Assembly (NCBI RefSeq): GCF_004010195.1
Contig: NC_057719.1
Span: forward strand, 64,541,049 to 64,600,240
DNA length: 59,192 nucleotides
Reading direction: 5' to 3'
Source: Chiloscyllium plagiosum
Lineage: Eukaryota
Under the pieces are notes generated by a model. That model searched no databases. It saw only the letters and a program-made list of their open reading frames with translations, and was not told the DNA's origin. Positions within the stretch are counted from its first letter, which is position 1. The number at the start of each line of letters is the position of its first letter. Both the position numbers and the translations under genes were made by a program. This document shows, one piece after another, positions 1 to 13,320 of the stretch.

Positions 1-745
1 GTGTGCCAAGCAGGCTAAGATAAAAAGTTGGGAGGAGGGACTTGGGTGTGGGGCGTTGGAAATGCGATAGGTGGAAGGAGGTTAAGGTGAGGGTAATAAG
101 GTGAGGGTGATAGGCCGGAGTGGGGGTGGAGGCGGAGAGGTCATAAAGAAGATTGCAGGTTAGGAAGGTGGTGCTGAGTTCGAGGGTTAGGACTGAGACA
201 AGGTGGGGGGAGCGGAAATCAGGAAACTGGAGAAATCTGAGTTCATCCCTTGTGGTTGGAGGGTTCCTAGGCGGAAGATGAGGTGCTCTTCCTCCAGGTG
301 TCGTGTTGCCATGGTCTGGCGATGGAGGCGGCCAAGGACCTGCATGTCCTTGGCGGAGTGGGAGGGGGAGTTAGTGTTCAGCCACAGGGTGGTTGGTGCG
401 GGTGTCCCAGAGGTGTTCTCTGAAAAGATCTGCAAGTAGGTGGCCTGTCTCCCCATGTGGCTGCCTCTACCTCTCCGTCCCCACCCCCTCTCTGGCCTAT
501 CACCTTCACCTTTAACTCCTTCCACCTATCGCATTTCCAACCCAGGTCCCTCCCCCAGGTCCCTCCTCCCTACCTTTTATCTTAGCCTGCTTGGCACACT
601 TTCCTCATTCCTGAAGAAGGGCTCATGCCCGAAACATCGATTCTCCTGCTCGTTGGATGCTGCCTGACCTGCTGCGCTTTTCCAGCAACGCATTTTCAGC
701 TCTGATCTCCAGCATCTGCAGTCCTCACTTTCTCCTAGAAGATTT
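1..745. mobile_element. Penelope-like element with inverted arrangement (minus-strand ORF end, plus-strand 3' terminal repeat with hammerhead core)
   Basis: Minus frame ...NSPSHSAKDMQVLG...RHLEEEHLIFRLGTLQPQGMNSDF resembles the C-terminus of a PLE GIY-YIG endonuclease. About 1-135 is the reverse complement of about 480-600. CTGAAGA-A-GGGC-TCAT-GCCC-GAAA at 611-634. Confidence 0.8.
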
Positions 746-799
746 TATCCTGAGGTAGGACTGGAGTGACAGATACACCAAGTTTGGCAGAGCTAACTC

Positions 800-1010
800 A
801 AACACAAGTTTCTGGAAAAGCTCAGCAGGTCTGGCAGCATCTGTGAAGAGAAACCAGGGTTAACATTTTAGATCCGGTCACCCTTCCTCAGAACCAGACC
901 TGAAAAGTTAACTCTGATTCCTCTTCACAGATGCCGCCAGACCTGATACTTTTTGTTTGCAGTTTCTGTTTTTGTTTCTGATTTACAACATTGCAGTTCT
1001 TTTAGTGTTT
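800..1010. mobile_element. Fold-back PLE 3'-end fragment (family B)
   Basis: caggtctggcagcatctgtgaagag...gttaac is inverted as gttaactctgattcctcttcacagatgccgccagacctg. Degenerate minus-strand core CTGAGGA (885-891). Confidence 0.65.
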
Positions 1011-1252
1011 ATTTGGTAGAGCTAATGATTTTCCATATATGCACAATTTGTTTTTTATTGATTGAGTGAGGAGAATTTTTTCCATTGGCAAAAGTGTTGG
1101 TAACACCAACGTAGACATAAGACAAATAATATATGAGGCAAAAGCAAGATGACAGTTATTTACATGTAATGAGTAGTTATAATCTGGAATAAACAGCCCA
1201 AAGGAATGGTGGAAGCAGATTCACTGGTAACTTTCAAAGGAGAAGTTCGCAG

Positions 1253-1447
1253 AATCATAGAATTCCTACAGTATGGAAACAGGCCAGTCGGCCTAACCGG
1301 CCCTCTGAAGAGCATCCCACCCAGAGCTGTCTCCATACCCTTTCTCTGTAACCATACATTTCCCATGACTAACACACTTAACCTATACATCCCTAAACGC
1401 TATGAGCAATTTGGCATGGCCAATCCACCTAACCTGCACATCTTTGG
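1253..1447 (-). mobile_element. HE1-type SINE 3' fragment
   Basis: cctacagtatggaaacaggcc...gcatggccaatccacctaacctgcacatctttgga, shared with the other HE1 copies. Confidence 0.7.
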
Positions 1448-3492
1448 AAGTATATTTGATACAGGAAGACTTTTGAGTCTAGGGTGAAAGAATTGGGGAG
1501 TGGAATTAATTGTTTAGCTCGAACACAGATCTAATAGATCGAGTATCTTCCTGTTTTTATGATTGGTTCTATGATGAGTGAATGAGTTATGTTTTTCAAA
1601 CATTTCAGTTGCTTTCATGATCATTTCCCAATGACAGCTCAGAAATGACCATATTTACTTGTTCAGGAGATGGGGGTGTCATTTGATAGGCCAACTTCTA
1701 TTGCCTATATTTAATTGCCCAGAATGTTGGTCAGGCCAGATAGAGATGGCAGATTTCTTTTCCTAAAGGGGCACAGTGAGCCAGTTCGATTTTTTACAAT
1801 CATCAACAGTAGTTGTACAGTCAGCATTAGGCTGCAGTAAATTCCTCAAGATTTTTATTGAATCCAGATTTCACTATCTGTTTGGCTTGAATAGATAGCA
1901 TTTGTGAATTACTAGCTCAGTGACATTACCACTATGCCATTACTTCCACTAGTGACACTACTAGTCGTGGGGAGATGATCATCCATGCGTGGGTGACTCC
2001 CCCATCAATCATATTGTGAGACTACACAACTGCAAATGGTTGGGATTAATTGTACACACTCAGTGTGTAGTATGTTATTGTCCTCTGCTTCCTGCATTTT
2101 GCTGGAGAAATTACCTGGCTTTTATCAGGAGTAGTTACTGCAGTTTTGGTCATGAGTTCTTTCTCATTTAAGGAAGTTCTTTTTAAAGAGTCTTTGCTGT
2201 AAATTAGATAGCTTTTCTGTAAATCCTGACATAAGTGCAGCCAACTCAGCAACTTAGCACTCTTTGTCTACTTGAGATACTCCCTAGAACCTCTTCCCTA
2301 AGCCATTCTGTTTATCTAAATCTTCTCCATCTTCAAAAACCTCTTTGACTAGATTTTTGCTCTCCTCCTAACTTTTCTACAATGACCACCATATTCTCCT
2401 CATAAAATAAAGGGTCTTGAAATTTTTTTCTGTGTGTAAAGTGCTATATAAATGCACATGGTTGTCGGATACAAAGATCATAGAGCTTTGCTGATACTCA
2501 TGGATACTGCATAAAGTCATTGTCCACAGGGAATAGGGGAATTAATTGGGAAAAGCAATGAAGACTAGGAATTGACGTCAATGTGTGACACTTGCACCTC
2601 TTGAAATGCTGGTTGCAGCTCCATCTGTTCACTCCATTTATAGTTACACCTGTTATCTACAACCACCTAATTGGACAATTCTAACAATGAAAAATGCTGA
2701 TTTGTGTGAGGAATGGCAACTTTTAAGAGAATCTTCATAAGCTGTCCTGTTCCTGCCTATAATTGACTGTAAAGAACAGATGGCACAGTTAAAGAGGCTT
2801 CTCTCATGGCGTTTCATAGGGCTGAGGCTCTGTATTGTTGCTGTTCATGCTGTTGTCCCTCATGCAATTCTGACATAGATAAGTAGCTGCCCTTAATTGC
2901 AGCGATTGGAAATAATTGGATTTTTGACATTGGATCATTCTTATTCCTCCTGCAATATCCCATCTCGGCTTTATTTTAGATCTCTTATTTTATGCTGTCT
3001 TTTTTGATGGAGGCTTTAGATTCCTACATTGTGCTGGTCACAGCTAATGATAGCTTTCCTTGTGGCTTCTTGTTTGTATCGAATGAGCATCATAATTACA
3101 CACGGGTATTGACTCAAATGCTAAATTTAGACTTTGCATTTAATTTAGTTGGTTTTGTAAAGCTGAAGAGCAGTAATCTTGTGCTATTTTTGTATTGTGT
3201 CATTTGCTGGCAATTTATTCTCCTGTTTAACATAGAGTGTGAAGGAGATGGATTATCATCAGAAGTGAAACAGCAATTAACTTAAAGTGCTTCAGTGGAT
3301 TGTTGCTACAGTGAATGTTAATACCATTCCTTCTTACTGTTATTCACACCAAACTAGTAATTATGTATTAAAAAATTCAAAGAAGAATTGGAGAATTTGC
3401 AAAATTAAAATATTTTTGAAGTCCTTTAAAACTAAAGGACTGACAGTAAAATTAAAGCTTAGTCCAATCTGGACAGCTTACATGGCCAGTGC

Positions 3493-5320
3493 TTTTTTTA
3501 AATTCACTCATGGGATGCAGGAATTGCTAGCTGGGTCAGCATTTACTGCCCGTCCCTAGTTGCCTTTGAGGTGATGGTGGTGAGCTGCCTTCTTGAACTG
3601 CTGCAGTCCATGTGCTGTACTTGGCAATGCTGTTAGGGATGGAATGCTATAAGTTTGATCCAGTGACACTGAATGATTAGCGATATATTTCCAAGTCAGG
3701 ATGGTGAGTGATTTGGAGAGGAACTTGTAAGTGGTGGTGCTCCCATGTGCCTGCAGTCCTTGTCCTTCTCGATGGTAGTGGTTGTTGGTTTGAAGGGTGC
3801 TGTCTGAGGAGCCTTGGTGAATTTCTGCAGTGCATCTTGTGGATGGCACACACTGCCAGGATTCCCTCATGTTTTCTTGTAGCTACGCAGGCCCTTGAAG
3901 ATCATTAGATTAGATTCCCTACAGTGTGGAGACAGGACATTTGGCCCAACAAGTCCACATCGACTGTCTGAAGAGTAACCCACCTCCTTATATGTAACCC
4001 TGACTAATGCACCTAACACTGTGGGCAATTTAGCATGGCCAATTCACCTGACCTGTACCTCTTTGGATTGTGGGAGGAAACCGGAGCACTCAGAGGAAAC
4101 CCACACAGACACAGGGAGAATATGCAAACTCCACACAGACAGTCACCCGAGGCGACCATTGAACCCGGTCCCTGGTGCTGTGAGGCAGCAGTGCTAACCA
4201 CTGAGCCACCGTGCCACCCCGGTGAGGCAGTGACTTCCGAATTGGAAGTCAGTGCTGTGATCGGTGTGCTAACACCAATTGGTGTACACAGAACCCTGTA
4301 CGGCCACACAGTTAACAGGGTACATTGTGACTGCTGATACTGAGCGTCTCTGAAGGAGTGACTGAATTTTTGTTGATGTGATGCCAATCAAGTGGCTCGA
4401 TTTGTCCTGGATGGGATCAAAATCAAATTTCTCAAGTGTTTTTGGGGCTGCAATCATCAGGCAATTGGGGAGTATTCTATCACACTCTTGACTTGTACCT
4501 TCTAGATGATGGCAGGCTTTGGGAAATCAGGAGGTGAGTTACTTGTTGCAGTATTTCCAGCCTCTGACCTGCTCTTGTAGACACCATATTTAGATGGCGA
4601 GTCAGTGGTAATCCCCATGCCATTGAATGTCCCGAGTTGATGGTTAGATTGTCCCTTACTGGAGAAGATAATTGCCTGGTATTTTGCAGGATGCGAATGT
4701 TACAAGCCACTTTTCAGCCCAAGCCTGGACATGGTACAGATCTTGCTCTTTTTGGTCATAGACTGCTTCAGTATCTGAAGAGTTGTGAATGGTGCAGAAT
4801 ATTGTACAATCATCAGTGAGCATTCCATACTTCTGACCTTATGATGAGGAGAAGGTCATTGATGAAGCAGCTGAAGATGGTTGAATCCAGGACACTACCC
4901 TGAGGAACTCCTGCAGAGTTGCTCTGGAGCTGAGATGACTGTCCTCCAAACACTACAACTTCCAATGTACTCGGTATGACGCTAACCATATTTTCCCATT
5001 GATTCTGGTTTTGCTAGCACTCCTTGATGCCACACTCAGTCAAAAATGCTGTTGATGTTAAAGGCTGTCACTCTCACTTCAACTCTGGAATTCAGCTCTT
5101 TGTCCACATTTGAGCCATAGTTATAATGAAGTCAGGAGATGAGTGGCCCTAGTAGATCCCAAACTGGGCGTTGCTGAGCAGGTTATTGCTGAGCAAGTTC
5201 TGCTTGGTAACATTGTTAATGACACCTTGCATCACTTTAGTGATGGTTGAGAGTAGTAATGAGGTGGGAATTGGCCGGGGTGGATTTGTCCTGCTTTTTG
5301 TGTACAGGATATATTGGACT
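3493..5320 (-). mobile_element. Degraded L2/CR1-group LINE 3' part, interrupted by an HE1 SINE
   Basis: Minus-strand RT C-terminal remnant (HLNMVSTRAGQRLEILQQVTHLL). Its 3' tail (gggcaactagggacgggcagtaaatgc...catcccatgagtgaattt) matches the tail of the SINE at about 10 kb. Confidence 0.7.
3906..4218 (-). mobile_element. HE1 V-SINE (tRNA-derived), near full length
   Basis: Minus-strand head ggtggcacggtggctcagtggttagcactg (A box) and gggttcaat (B box), V-domain, and (tctaa)n tail. Confidence 0.88.
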
Positions 5321-8262
5321 GACAAATGTAGGCCATTTAGCCTATGAGACCTACTCTTCTATTCAAATGATCATGGCTGATCTAACTGAAATCTTAAAGC
5401 CATATTCCTGCTTCTCCCGCTAACCTTTCACCCCCTTGTTCAATATTGGCTGAGATTAGGATGAAAATCCCACTTTCTTAATCTCTCCTCTTGCCTGAGA
5501 CATGGTGGCACTCAGGTTAAACCTCCTACAGTTGTCTCTCTCTTATGAGAGAGCAAACCTATGGTCTATTAAGAATACGATGACTTGACTTACAAACAAG
5601 AATCTATCTACCTCTGCCTTGACAATATTCAAGGAGACTGCCTCCACCACCTTTTAATGAAGAGAGTTTACTGAAGAGAGTTCCAAAGACTCATGACAAA
5701 CGCTTTCACTTTGACATTTTGTCAGTCATGAAAGGAGCTCTTTCAAAATTATGTTTTCCCATTTGTTTTAAATAATTGATCAGCACTATGTGTACTGTGT
5801 GAAAAATATGTCAGTAGCCTATTAAGTTTAGCTCTGCCATAGTCAAGCACATTACATGGAAGTAAGGTGCCTTTAATGTGATGCTGCATTAATATGAGGC
5901 ACTGGTGAGCTTAAGATGGCCACTATGCAGACCAGACTAATGTTGACAGCATGAGGTTCAATACCTATTGGAGTTGAGAAAGGCTTGTGGCACACCTTGC
6001 CTTTAATCTCAAAAAAGACATGACACTTAGCCTTGTTAAGTGAATAATTGAATAAACACCAAGGACTTGTCTTACAGTAGAGAACTGAACAAAAAAGAAG
6101 ATGAATGCTGTAATTACAGCCTATAAAACAGGGTCTTATTAATGATGACCTGAAACATTCACTCTGTTTCTGCCTCTACAGATGCTGCCTGCCTTGTTGA
6201 GTCTCCAGTATTTTAGTGCAGATTTCCAGCATCTGCAGTATTTTACTGCAGTGTTAGTGATTGACCAGTGATTGACCGGTATCAGACGTGGCAACATTGA
6301 AACTGGACTGGAAACACTGGACTCAAGCTTAAGGTCAAATCTTGAAACATTTTAAGTCTAACCTGGCTTTAAACTGTGTCAGGATTTGCTAATTTAATCA
6401 TAGTCACTGGCAAGAACTACACCAGAGAAAGACATTGAATAAAATATGAAGGACTGCATGTACAAATTTTCTATTTATTTTCATAAACCTTCAGTCTTTT
6501 TTATTTTAAGCTAATACGATAGGAGGGGCACTGCCACCCATGAGTTGGAACACAAGAAGGTAGACCATAAATTAGGGCCGTTGACAGCTTACCTGCCCAT
6601 GCCCTGCCCCATTATAATTTTCTGGGCAGGAGGGGAGATGTTGGGTGGACCAACTACTCTGGACCAATTGATCCTTAAGTGGGCTGTTAGTGCCCAGTTA
6701 AAGGCCTCATCCCATCACTGCTCCAGTTTATTGGGTGGTGGGAGAAGTCTGTGCCCAGCATGCAGCCTTGTTGGTCATTGAAAGCTGGGTTGCCTCCATC
6801 CCAGTCCCCTGTGCCAGTGGTAGCACTCCCATCCCCTTCCTATATCTACTGTCCCACGGAGCCCTGTGCAGCATGCCCTCTGACCTGCCTTTGCTGAAGC
6901 CAACCAACCTGACCTCAGTGAAATCTTGGATGTTCCTGGGTTTCTAGACGTCCAGCATTTCCTCTTTCACCCTGCACCCCTGCTTTACTGGCAGGGCTAC
7001 CAGGGCTAGTCTCTGACTGCTTAGCAGCTCTATGAGTTGTAATTTCCTCCTGGATTTGGATAGATGTCCTGCCTCATACTAATTAAAGGTACATCACTTG
7101 ATAAATGAAAGTAGAATATGGTGACCAAGTGGAATTAGTTTCAAATCCCAAAATGTACGCTGCAATGTGGGATACCTGCCCTCAGCCAGCATCCTAGTCT
7201 ATTAATTCCGAATATTGTATCAATTTCTAAGCCTTTGAATCTTTTGGTTTTCAGCGGAAAATGATCCCAAATTTTAAAAAGTGAACACAAAAGTTATAAT
7301 CTCCAAACAAAACTTTCATCTTATCAAGGCAAAGTGTTGTAGGTAAAATAACACCAAAATAACAAATTTAAGTAGACCAGAAGCCATTTATTAGAACAAA
7401 AGCATTTGGGAGACTGAGCAGAGCTTTGTTCAGGCTCTTGCAAGCTAACGCGGTCAGCAAAACAAGTTTGACCAAGTTTCCCAACATACACTGTAACACT
7501 AGCATTGATTGCTAGTTCCCATAATACCCGGCTTCACAAAGAATTAACTAAATGGAACCGTTATCTTATTTACATTAAAACTGGAACTTGTGGGATGCAC
7601 AGATCATCTCCTCTTATGATGGATTCCAGCAATGTTCCTGAACACCAGTCAATCATTGTTTCAGAATTATGTTTCCAGCCTTTCATATCCCTATTGCTCT
7701 TCATGGTTCCAAATTCTGAATTGCATTGTCCTGTAGATTTTCCATGCTGTGGCTGCCACAACTCAGGTCAATGAGATAAAAGCAAAATGTCACAGCTGCT
7801 GAAACAAAATATAAAATAGTGAAGTCATTCAGTAGATGGAGCATCTGAAGAGAGAGAGACAGAGTGGTACAGAGCTAACATTTCAATGATCTTTCATCAA
7901 GCCAACAAGAGCCTCTTTAACATATTAGCGATGTCATCCCGTGTAGCTTGAGTAGATTCAAACAGAAATTGCAGAGTTCTGACTCACTCAGATTTATACA
8001 GCATCTTCTGACTGAATGCCTTACTGTGCACTGTTAAATTATCCAACAGATTGAAAAAAAGTTTAATTAATGACTAATATTCTACAATAATTGTGGCTGA
8101 TTGTACGAATAAGCTGTTTGTGGTTCTGATAGAGATGTTCTCATTATTTTGTAAAGATTCAGAATGATAGTGTATGATCATTCTGACAGACATGTGGTTT
8201 GTTTGTATTATGAGGTTATGAGATAAATGATCTGTACCATACTTTGCAAAGTGAAGTCAATG

Positions 8263-8466
8263 TTGAAACTTTATTGCTGGAACAGCACAGCAGGTCAGGC
8301 AGCATCCAGGGAACAGGAGATTCGACGTTTCGGGCACAGGCCCTTCTTCAGGAAGGGCCCGAAACGTCGAATCTCCTGTTCCCTGGATGCTGCCTGACCT
8401 GCTGTGCTGTTCCAGCAATAAAGTTTCAACTTTGATCTCCAGCATCTGCAGACCTCACTTTCTCCC
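8263..8466. mobile_element. Fold-back PLE 3'-end insertion (family A) with 16-bp TSD and hammerhead core
   Basis: TSD caaagtgaagtcaatg at 8247-8262 and 8467-8482. Perfect 74-bp inverted arms 8262-8335 and 8357-8430. Minus-strand ttcCTGAAGAaGGGCctgtGCCCGAAAcGTCgaa. Confidence 0.9.
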
Positions 8467-8899
8467 CAAAGTGAAGTCAATGACTATTCCAAGCCTGAAA
8501 ACCAGTTGAATTATCTCACTTTGGTTTAACAGGTCATATAGTTGTCACTGGTGTAGTATAATTAAATCATATTAAATTAAGTTCTTCTGTGTAAACCAAC
8601 TCAAAAACTATAGGATAGATGAAGTTTTTACTTTCTTAAATGTTATTTTCCGACATTGTTGCAGCTGGTGATTTGACTGATAAAACATTGGCTTCATACT
8701 CACGCTCTTGTGTCTGGGTTAGAGAGTTTAGATTGTAATCCCTGATCCAAAGCTTCAACATATTTTAATCTCTAGTGAGAAGCTGTGATATTGTCAGGAG
8801 TATTACTTCCTATTGAGTAAATTCAAAATTGAAAGCCAGTGATAGCTTCCTCATTTGTTGAATTTATGATGATTAGTCTGCCACTTACTCTGTAGAAGG

Positions 8900-9370
8900 G
8901 ACTGTCTTCAGTAATATGCCACATTGATTGTGTCTGTCGATGAGTGCATAAGGGAATTCTGGAATGTGCCTTAGCAAAGAAGACCAAGAGAGACACAGAG
9001 GGAGAGGGAGAGATATGTTGGAACACGTTGGGGTTCACCCTGAGCAGCTCTGTGATGTAGGAGTCTGTGTTCCCAGAGGTACACACCAAGACAAACCTTG
9101 GAGGATCACAACTCGATGAAAAAAGAATTCTTTGGCATGCCCAAAATACACTGGCCTTGTAGTGCAAGGAGTTGTATGCTGGTACACTTCAAGGTCCAGA
9201 ACTATTAACTGAGGGACACACTAGATGTTGGGGCAGATGATCAAAGGGCAGAACAGTGCCGCAATATGTTGAGGTATCAGGAACTGGAGAACCCCTTGGG
9301 CTCTATACTTTACAAACAGTGTATGTTGTGAATCAAGAGAGCTGCAAGTGTATTAAGCAACCTAGGAGTG
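8900..9370 (+). mobile_element. Degraded Tx1/L1-type LINE ORF2 3' end
   Basis: Broken frames give LECALAKK and WRI..NS.KK..LWHAQNTLAL*CKEL, resembling the Cys/His-adjacent C-terminus of Tx1-like ORF2. Confidence 0.5.
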
Positions 9371-9386
9371 AAACACACATACACAC

Positions 9387-9577
9387 AAAGAACTGCAGAT
9401 GCTGGAAATCAAGAAACAAAACAGAAATTGCTGGAGAAACTCAGGTCTGGCAGCATCTGTGGAGAGAAAGCAGAGTTAACATTTCAGGTGCAATGAAGAA
9501 AGGCTAACTCTGCTTTCTCTCCACAGATACTGCTAGACATGCTGAGTTTCTCAGCAATTTCTGTTTTTGTTTCAGAA
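9387..9577. mobile_element. Fold-back PLE 3'-end fragment (family B)
   Basis: gaaacaaaacagaaattgctggagaaactcag...gagagaaagcagagttaac is inverted as taactctgctttctctccacagat...ctgagtttctcagcaatttctgtttttgtttc. Confidence 0.75.
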
Positions 9578-9979
9578 TGCAACACTGTGTGTAGTGTTTT
9601 ATGTTTATTGCACTTGCTGTAATTTCCGATTTGAATGTTTTTACTATCGGTTGATGTGGAATACATCTTGTAAATGTTAAAAAAAAAGGACAATTCCATT
9701 TGTATTAAGTGGAATATGCTGTATAGGAACAAGTTGGATTGTATTGCAAATACTGTAGTATTCAAGTTCAAACGTTTTACAACTTTCAAACTCCTGCAGA
9801 GATATCCTGGAACTGTGATGACTGACTTCTGACAACTCCCTCTGTGCTGTGTATGACTCCAATCAGCAGACAATTTCCTCCAACTCCCTTTGACTCCGGT
9901 TTTGCTTGATGCCATGATTTATTGACTGCTGAAAGTGTACAAACTTTCAGGTAACTCAATCCCATTCTCACACTGGTGT

Positions 9980-10315
9980 AGGTGATGGCCTTGTGGTATT
10001 ATCACTGGATTGATGACTCAGAGACCTGGGAACTCTGAGGTTCCAATTCCATCATGCTGATGGTGGAATTTGAATTCAATAAAATAAATTGGATTTCAGA
10101 GTCTAATGATGACCACGAAACCATTGTTGGAAAACCCATTTTGTTCACTAATATCCTTTCGGGAAGGAAACTGCCATTCTTACCTGGCCTGGCCTACATG
10201 TAACTCCAAACTCACGGTAATGTTGTTGACTCTTAACTACCATCTGGGCAATTAGGGATGGGCAATAAGTGCCGACCTGTCCAGCAATACCCTCATCCCA
10301 TCAATGAATTTAAAA
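9980..10315 (+). mobile_element. tRNA-derived SINE, probably DeuSINE/SacSINE1-like
   Basis: tRNA-like head, central cctttcgggaaggaaactgccattcttacctggcctggcctacatgtaactcca, and tail gggcaattagggatgggcaataagtgcc shared with the LINE at 3.5-5.3 kb. Related pieces at about 1660-1950(-), 22960-23080(+) and 42470-42880(-). Confidence 0.6.
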
Positions 10316-12134
10316 CGATTAAAGTGGCGCAGAACAAATTAAATCAGGTTTGATAGGGTATTGTGCATTTTACAAAAGACTTACTCAGCCGAAAATTCAT
10401 TAATCATTTGATAACAATTAAAGATTAGATGGTGAAGTGTGCTTTGCACATTTGAAAAGCTTCTTAATCAGTTTCATCTAAGTAAAGGAATGGGTAGCAG
10501 CCAGAGATATAATTCATTGTTCCATGCTAGCTTCAATTGTGACCAAATTTATTGCAGGGTCACTGTGCTCAACGATCTTTTGCAGAGTATTAAAAAAATC
10601 CATTTCAAACTGTGCAGCATGAAAATATCTATCTGTATCTGATCTGAAATTAAATAGTGACTTTTATTTAAGGATTGATAAACACAGTTTTGCAGACTAT
10701 GCATCTCGGTAGAGCTATTTTATAGCAACCTTGGAAAAATGCGGAGAATTTTAAATGCTTTAAAAGACAGCAATATCCAGCTGATCTCCTACTGGGATTT
10801 TGATACTTTGGTTTATACAAGTTTATTTTGGATATATTACCAATAATTCTAATGCCTGCGCTAAGTTGTGTTACTTAGAAAAATGCAGCTACACTTGTGA
10901 CATTAGAAATTAAAAGGTATAGTTATAGACTATGTTAGGTTCAGACAGTGGTTATAAATTTCTCAGATTGAAAAAAATGTACTTATCATAATGGAATTAA
11001 TGCTGTTGGTATCAGGTATCTGCTATTCTCTTTACATTGTTCTTTAGTTCTGTTTCATCCAGCAAAGCATTTTGATTTTAAACATTTTTTGAACTGATTC
11101 ATAAAACTTGGCATGAAAAAAATGCTCCAGGAGTACTTTAAAATCAATTCCAATGGGTTCTACTTTTTGCATTAATACCACGGATTGTGGTCTGCACATC
11201 TTCACTAGAAGAGAGCCAGAAAGCATTCTAACATAATTTAATAAATATCTATGGAGGGTTCGCACTAATTGCAAAATAGACAGTTGCAGACCTTCATCAG
11301 AACCTTTCTTCCTCAGGTTCCAGCTCCATGTAATCAATGATCGACAATTAGCATAAGACCCTTATGGTAACGTTTTATATTCAGAACTTTGAAATGTTTG
11401 TAGGAGTCTGTTGCTATTCCTAGTACCATTGTTGCAAATGGTTTGACAGTAGTATATGGTTAAATGTCTTCCTGAGTTCAACTTGTTCCAACCTAAATAT
11501 CAATTTGTAGCAAAAATGAGAATAATCAACATTGTTGGACTCCAACAGCATTCCTTGCTGCATCAACATGTCATTCCTGTCCTCCAGAGATTGTGGGATT
11601 GAGTTTTAAGTGAGCAACTTAATGTTCTAAAAACAAGCAAACAGAATTGAGGCACACCTTTAGAGCTAATCAATATCTAAAAACCTCAACAGGTCCCAAC
11701 AATCACCTATGGAAGTGATTTTCAAGGAACTAATATTGTAAACTAGAATCTGGTTGGAATTGCTGAGTTGCTACAGCCTCTCCAAAGTCCTGTACCAGTT
11801 CCTCACAAGGTTCAAAGTCTGTTTTGACTAAGTCATCTCCAAAATTCAGTATTTTTCAGGCCCTGTTATTCCTCTCTTTCAGCCTTGTTCCTTTATTGTA
11901 GTCAGATTAGAAATACTTAGGGTAAGTACACTCATCATGGAGACAAAAAAAACAGCCAATGAGTCTGCTGACAAAAGAAATAATACCAGCCTTTTAATAG
12001 CCAATCCAGAAAAGTTGGTGTTAATTTGTTTTGCAGGTAGATGTCAGACACCTTCCCATTTAATTCAATACAAAGCACCATCTGTTGTGCAACTAAATCA
12101 TGACTTATGGCTTTAAATTCTGGATTTAACCTTG

Positions 12135-13283
12135 GAAAGGCAAATCATGGCAGGACTCTCCACTTAATGGTAAGGTCCTAGGGAGTGTTGCTGAACAAAG
12201 AGACCTTGGAGTGCAGGTTCATAGTTCCTTGAAGGTGGAGTTGCAGGTAGATAGGATAGTGAAGAAGGCGTTTGATATGCTTTCCTTTATTGGTCAGAGC
12301 ATTAAGTACAGGAGTTGGGAGGTTATGTTGCAGCTGTACAGGATATCAGTTAGGCCACTTTTGGAATATTGTGTATAATTCTGGTCTCCCTCCTATTAGA
12401 ATGATGTTGTGAAATTTGAAAGGGATCAGAAAAGATTTACTAGGATGTTGCCAGGGTTGGAGGGTTTGAGCTATAGGGAGAGGCTGAATCAGCTGGGGTT
12501 GTTTTACCTGGAGCGTCAGAGGCTGAGGGGTTACCTTGCAGAGGTTGAAAAAAATCATGAGGCACATGGATAGGGTAAATAGACAAGGTCTTTCCCCTGG
12601 GGTGGGGGAGACCAGAACTAGAGGGCATAGGTTTAGGGTGAGAGGGGAAAGATTTAAAACGGATCTATGGGGCAACTTCTCATGCAAAGTGTGGTGCATA
12701 TATGGAATGAACTGCCAGAAGAAGTGGTGGAGGCTGGTACAGTTACGACATTTCATCTGATCTCCCTCCTATTAGAATGATGTTGTGAAATTTGAAAGGG
12801 ATCAGAAAAGATTTATTAGGATGTTGCCAGGGTTGGAGGGTTTGAGCTATAGGGAGAGGCTGAATCAGCTGGGGCTGTTTTACCTGGAGCATCAGAGGCT
12901 GAGGAGTTACCTTGCAGAGGTTGAAAAAATCATGAGGCACATGGATTGGGTAAATAGACAAGGTCTTTCCCCTGGGGTGGGGGAGACCAGAACTAGAGGG
13001 CATAGGTTTAGGGTGAGAGGGGAAAGATTTAAAACGGATCTATGGGGCAACTTCTCATGCAAAGTGTGGTGCATATATGGAATGAACTGCCAGAAGAAGT
13101 GGTGGAGGCTGGTACAGTTACGACATTTCAAATGCATCTGGATGGGTATATGAATAGGGAAGGGTTCAGAGGGATATGGGCCAAGTCTTGGCAAATGGGA
13201 CTAGATAAATTTAGGATATCTGGTCGGCATGAACGAGTTGGACTGAAGGGTCTGTTTCTATGCTGTACACATCTATGACTATG
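12135..13283 (+). mobile_element. 5'-truncated CR1 LINE with internal tandem duplication
   Basis: RT C-terminal peptides (KRFIRMLPGLEGLSYRERLNQLGLF, TRTRGHRFRVRGERF) and a ctatgact tail; segment 12385-12755 is repeated at 12761-13130. Confidence 0.9.
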
Positions 13284-13320
13284 ATCTGATTTCAACTGGG
13301 ATAATAGTTGGACTAGAAAT

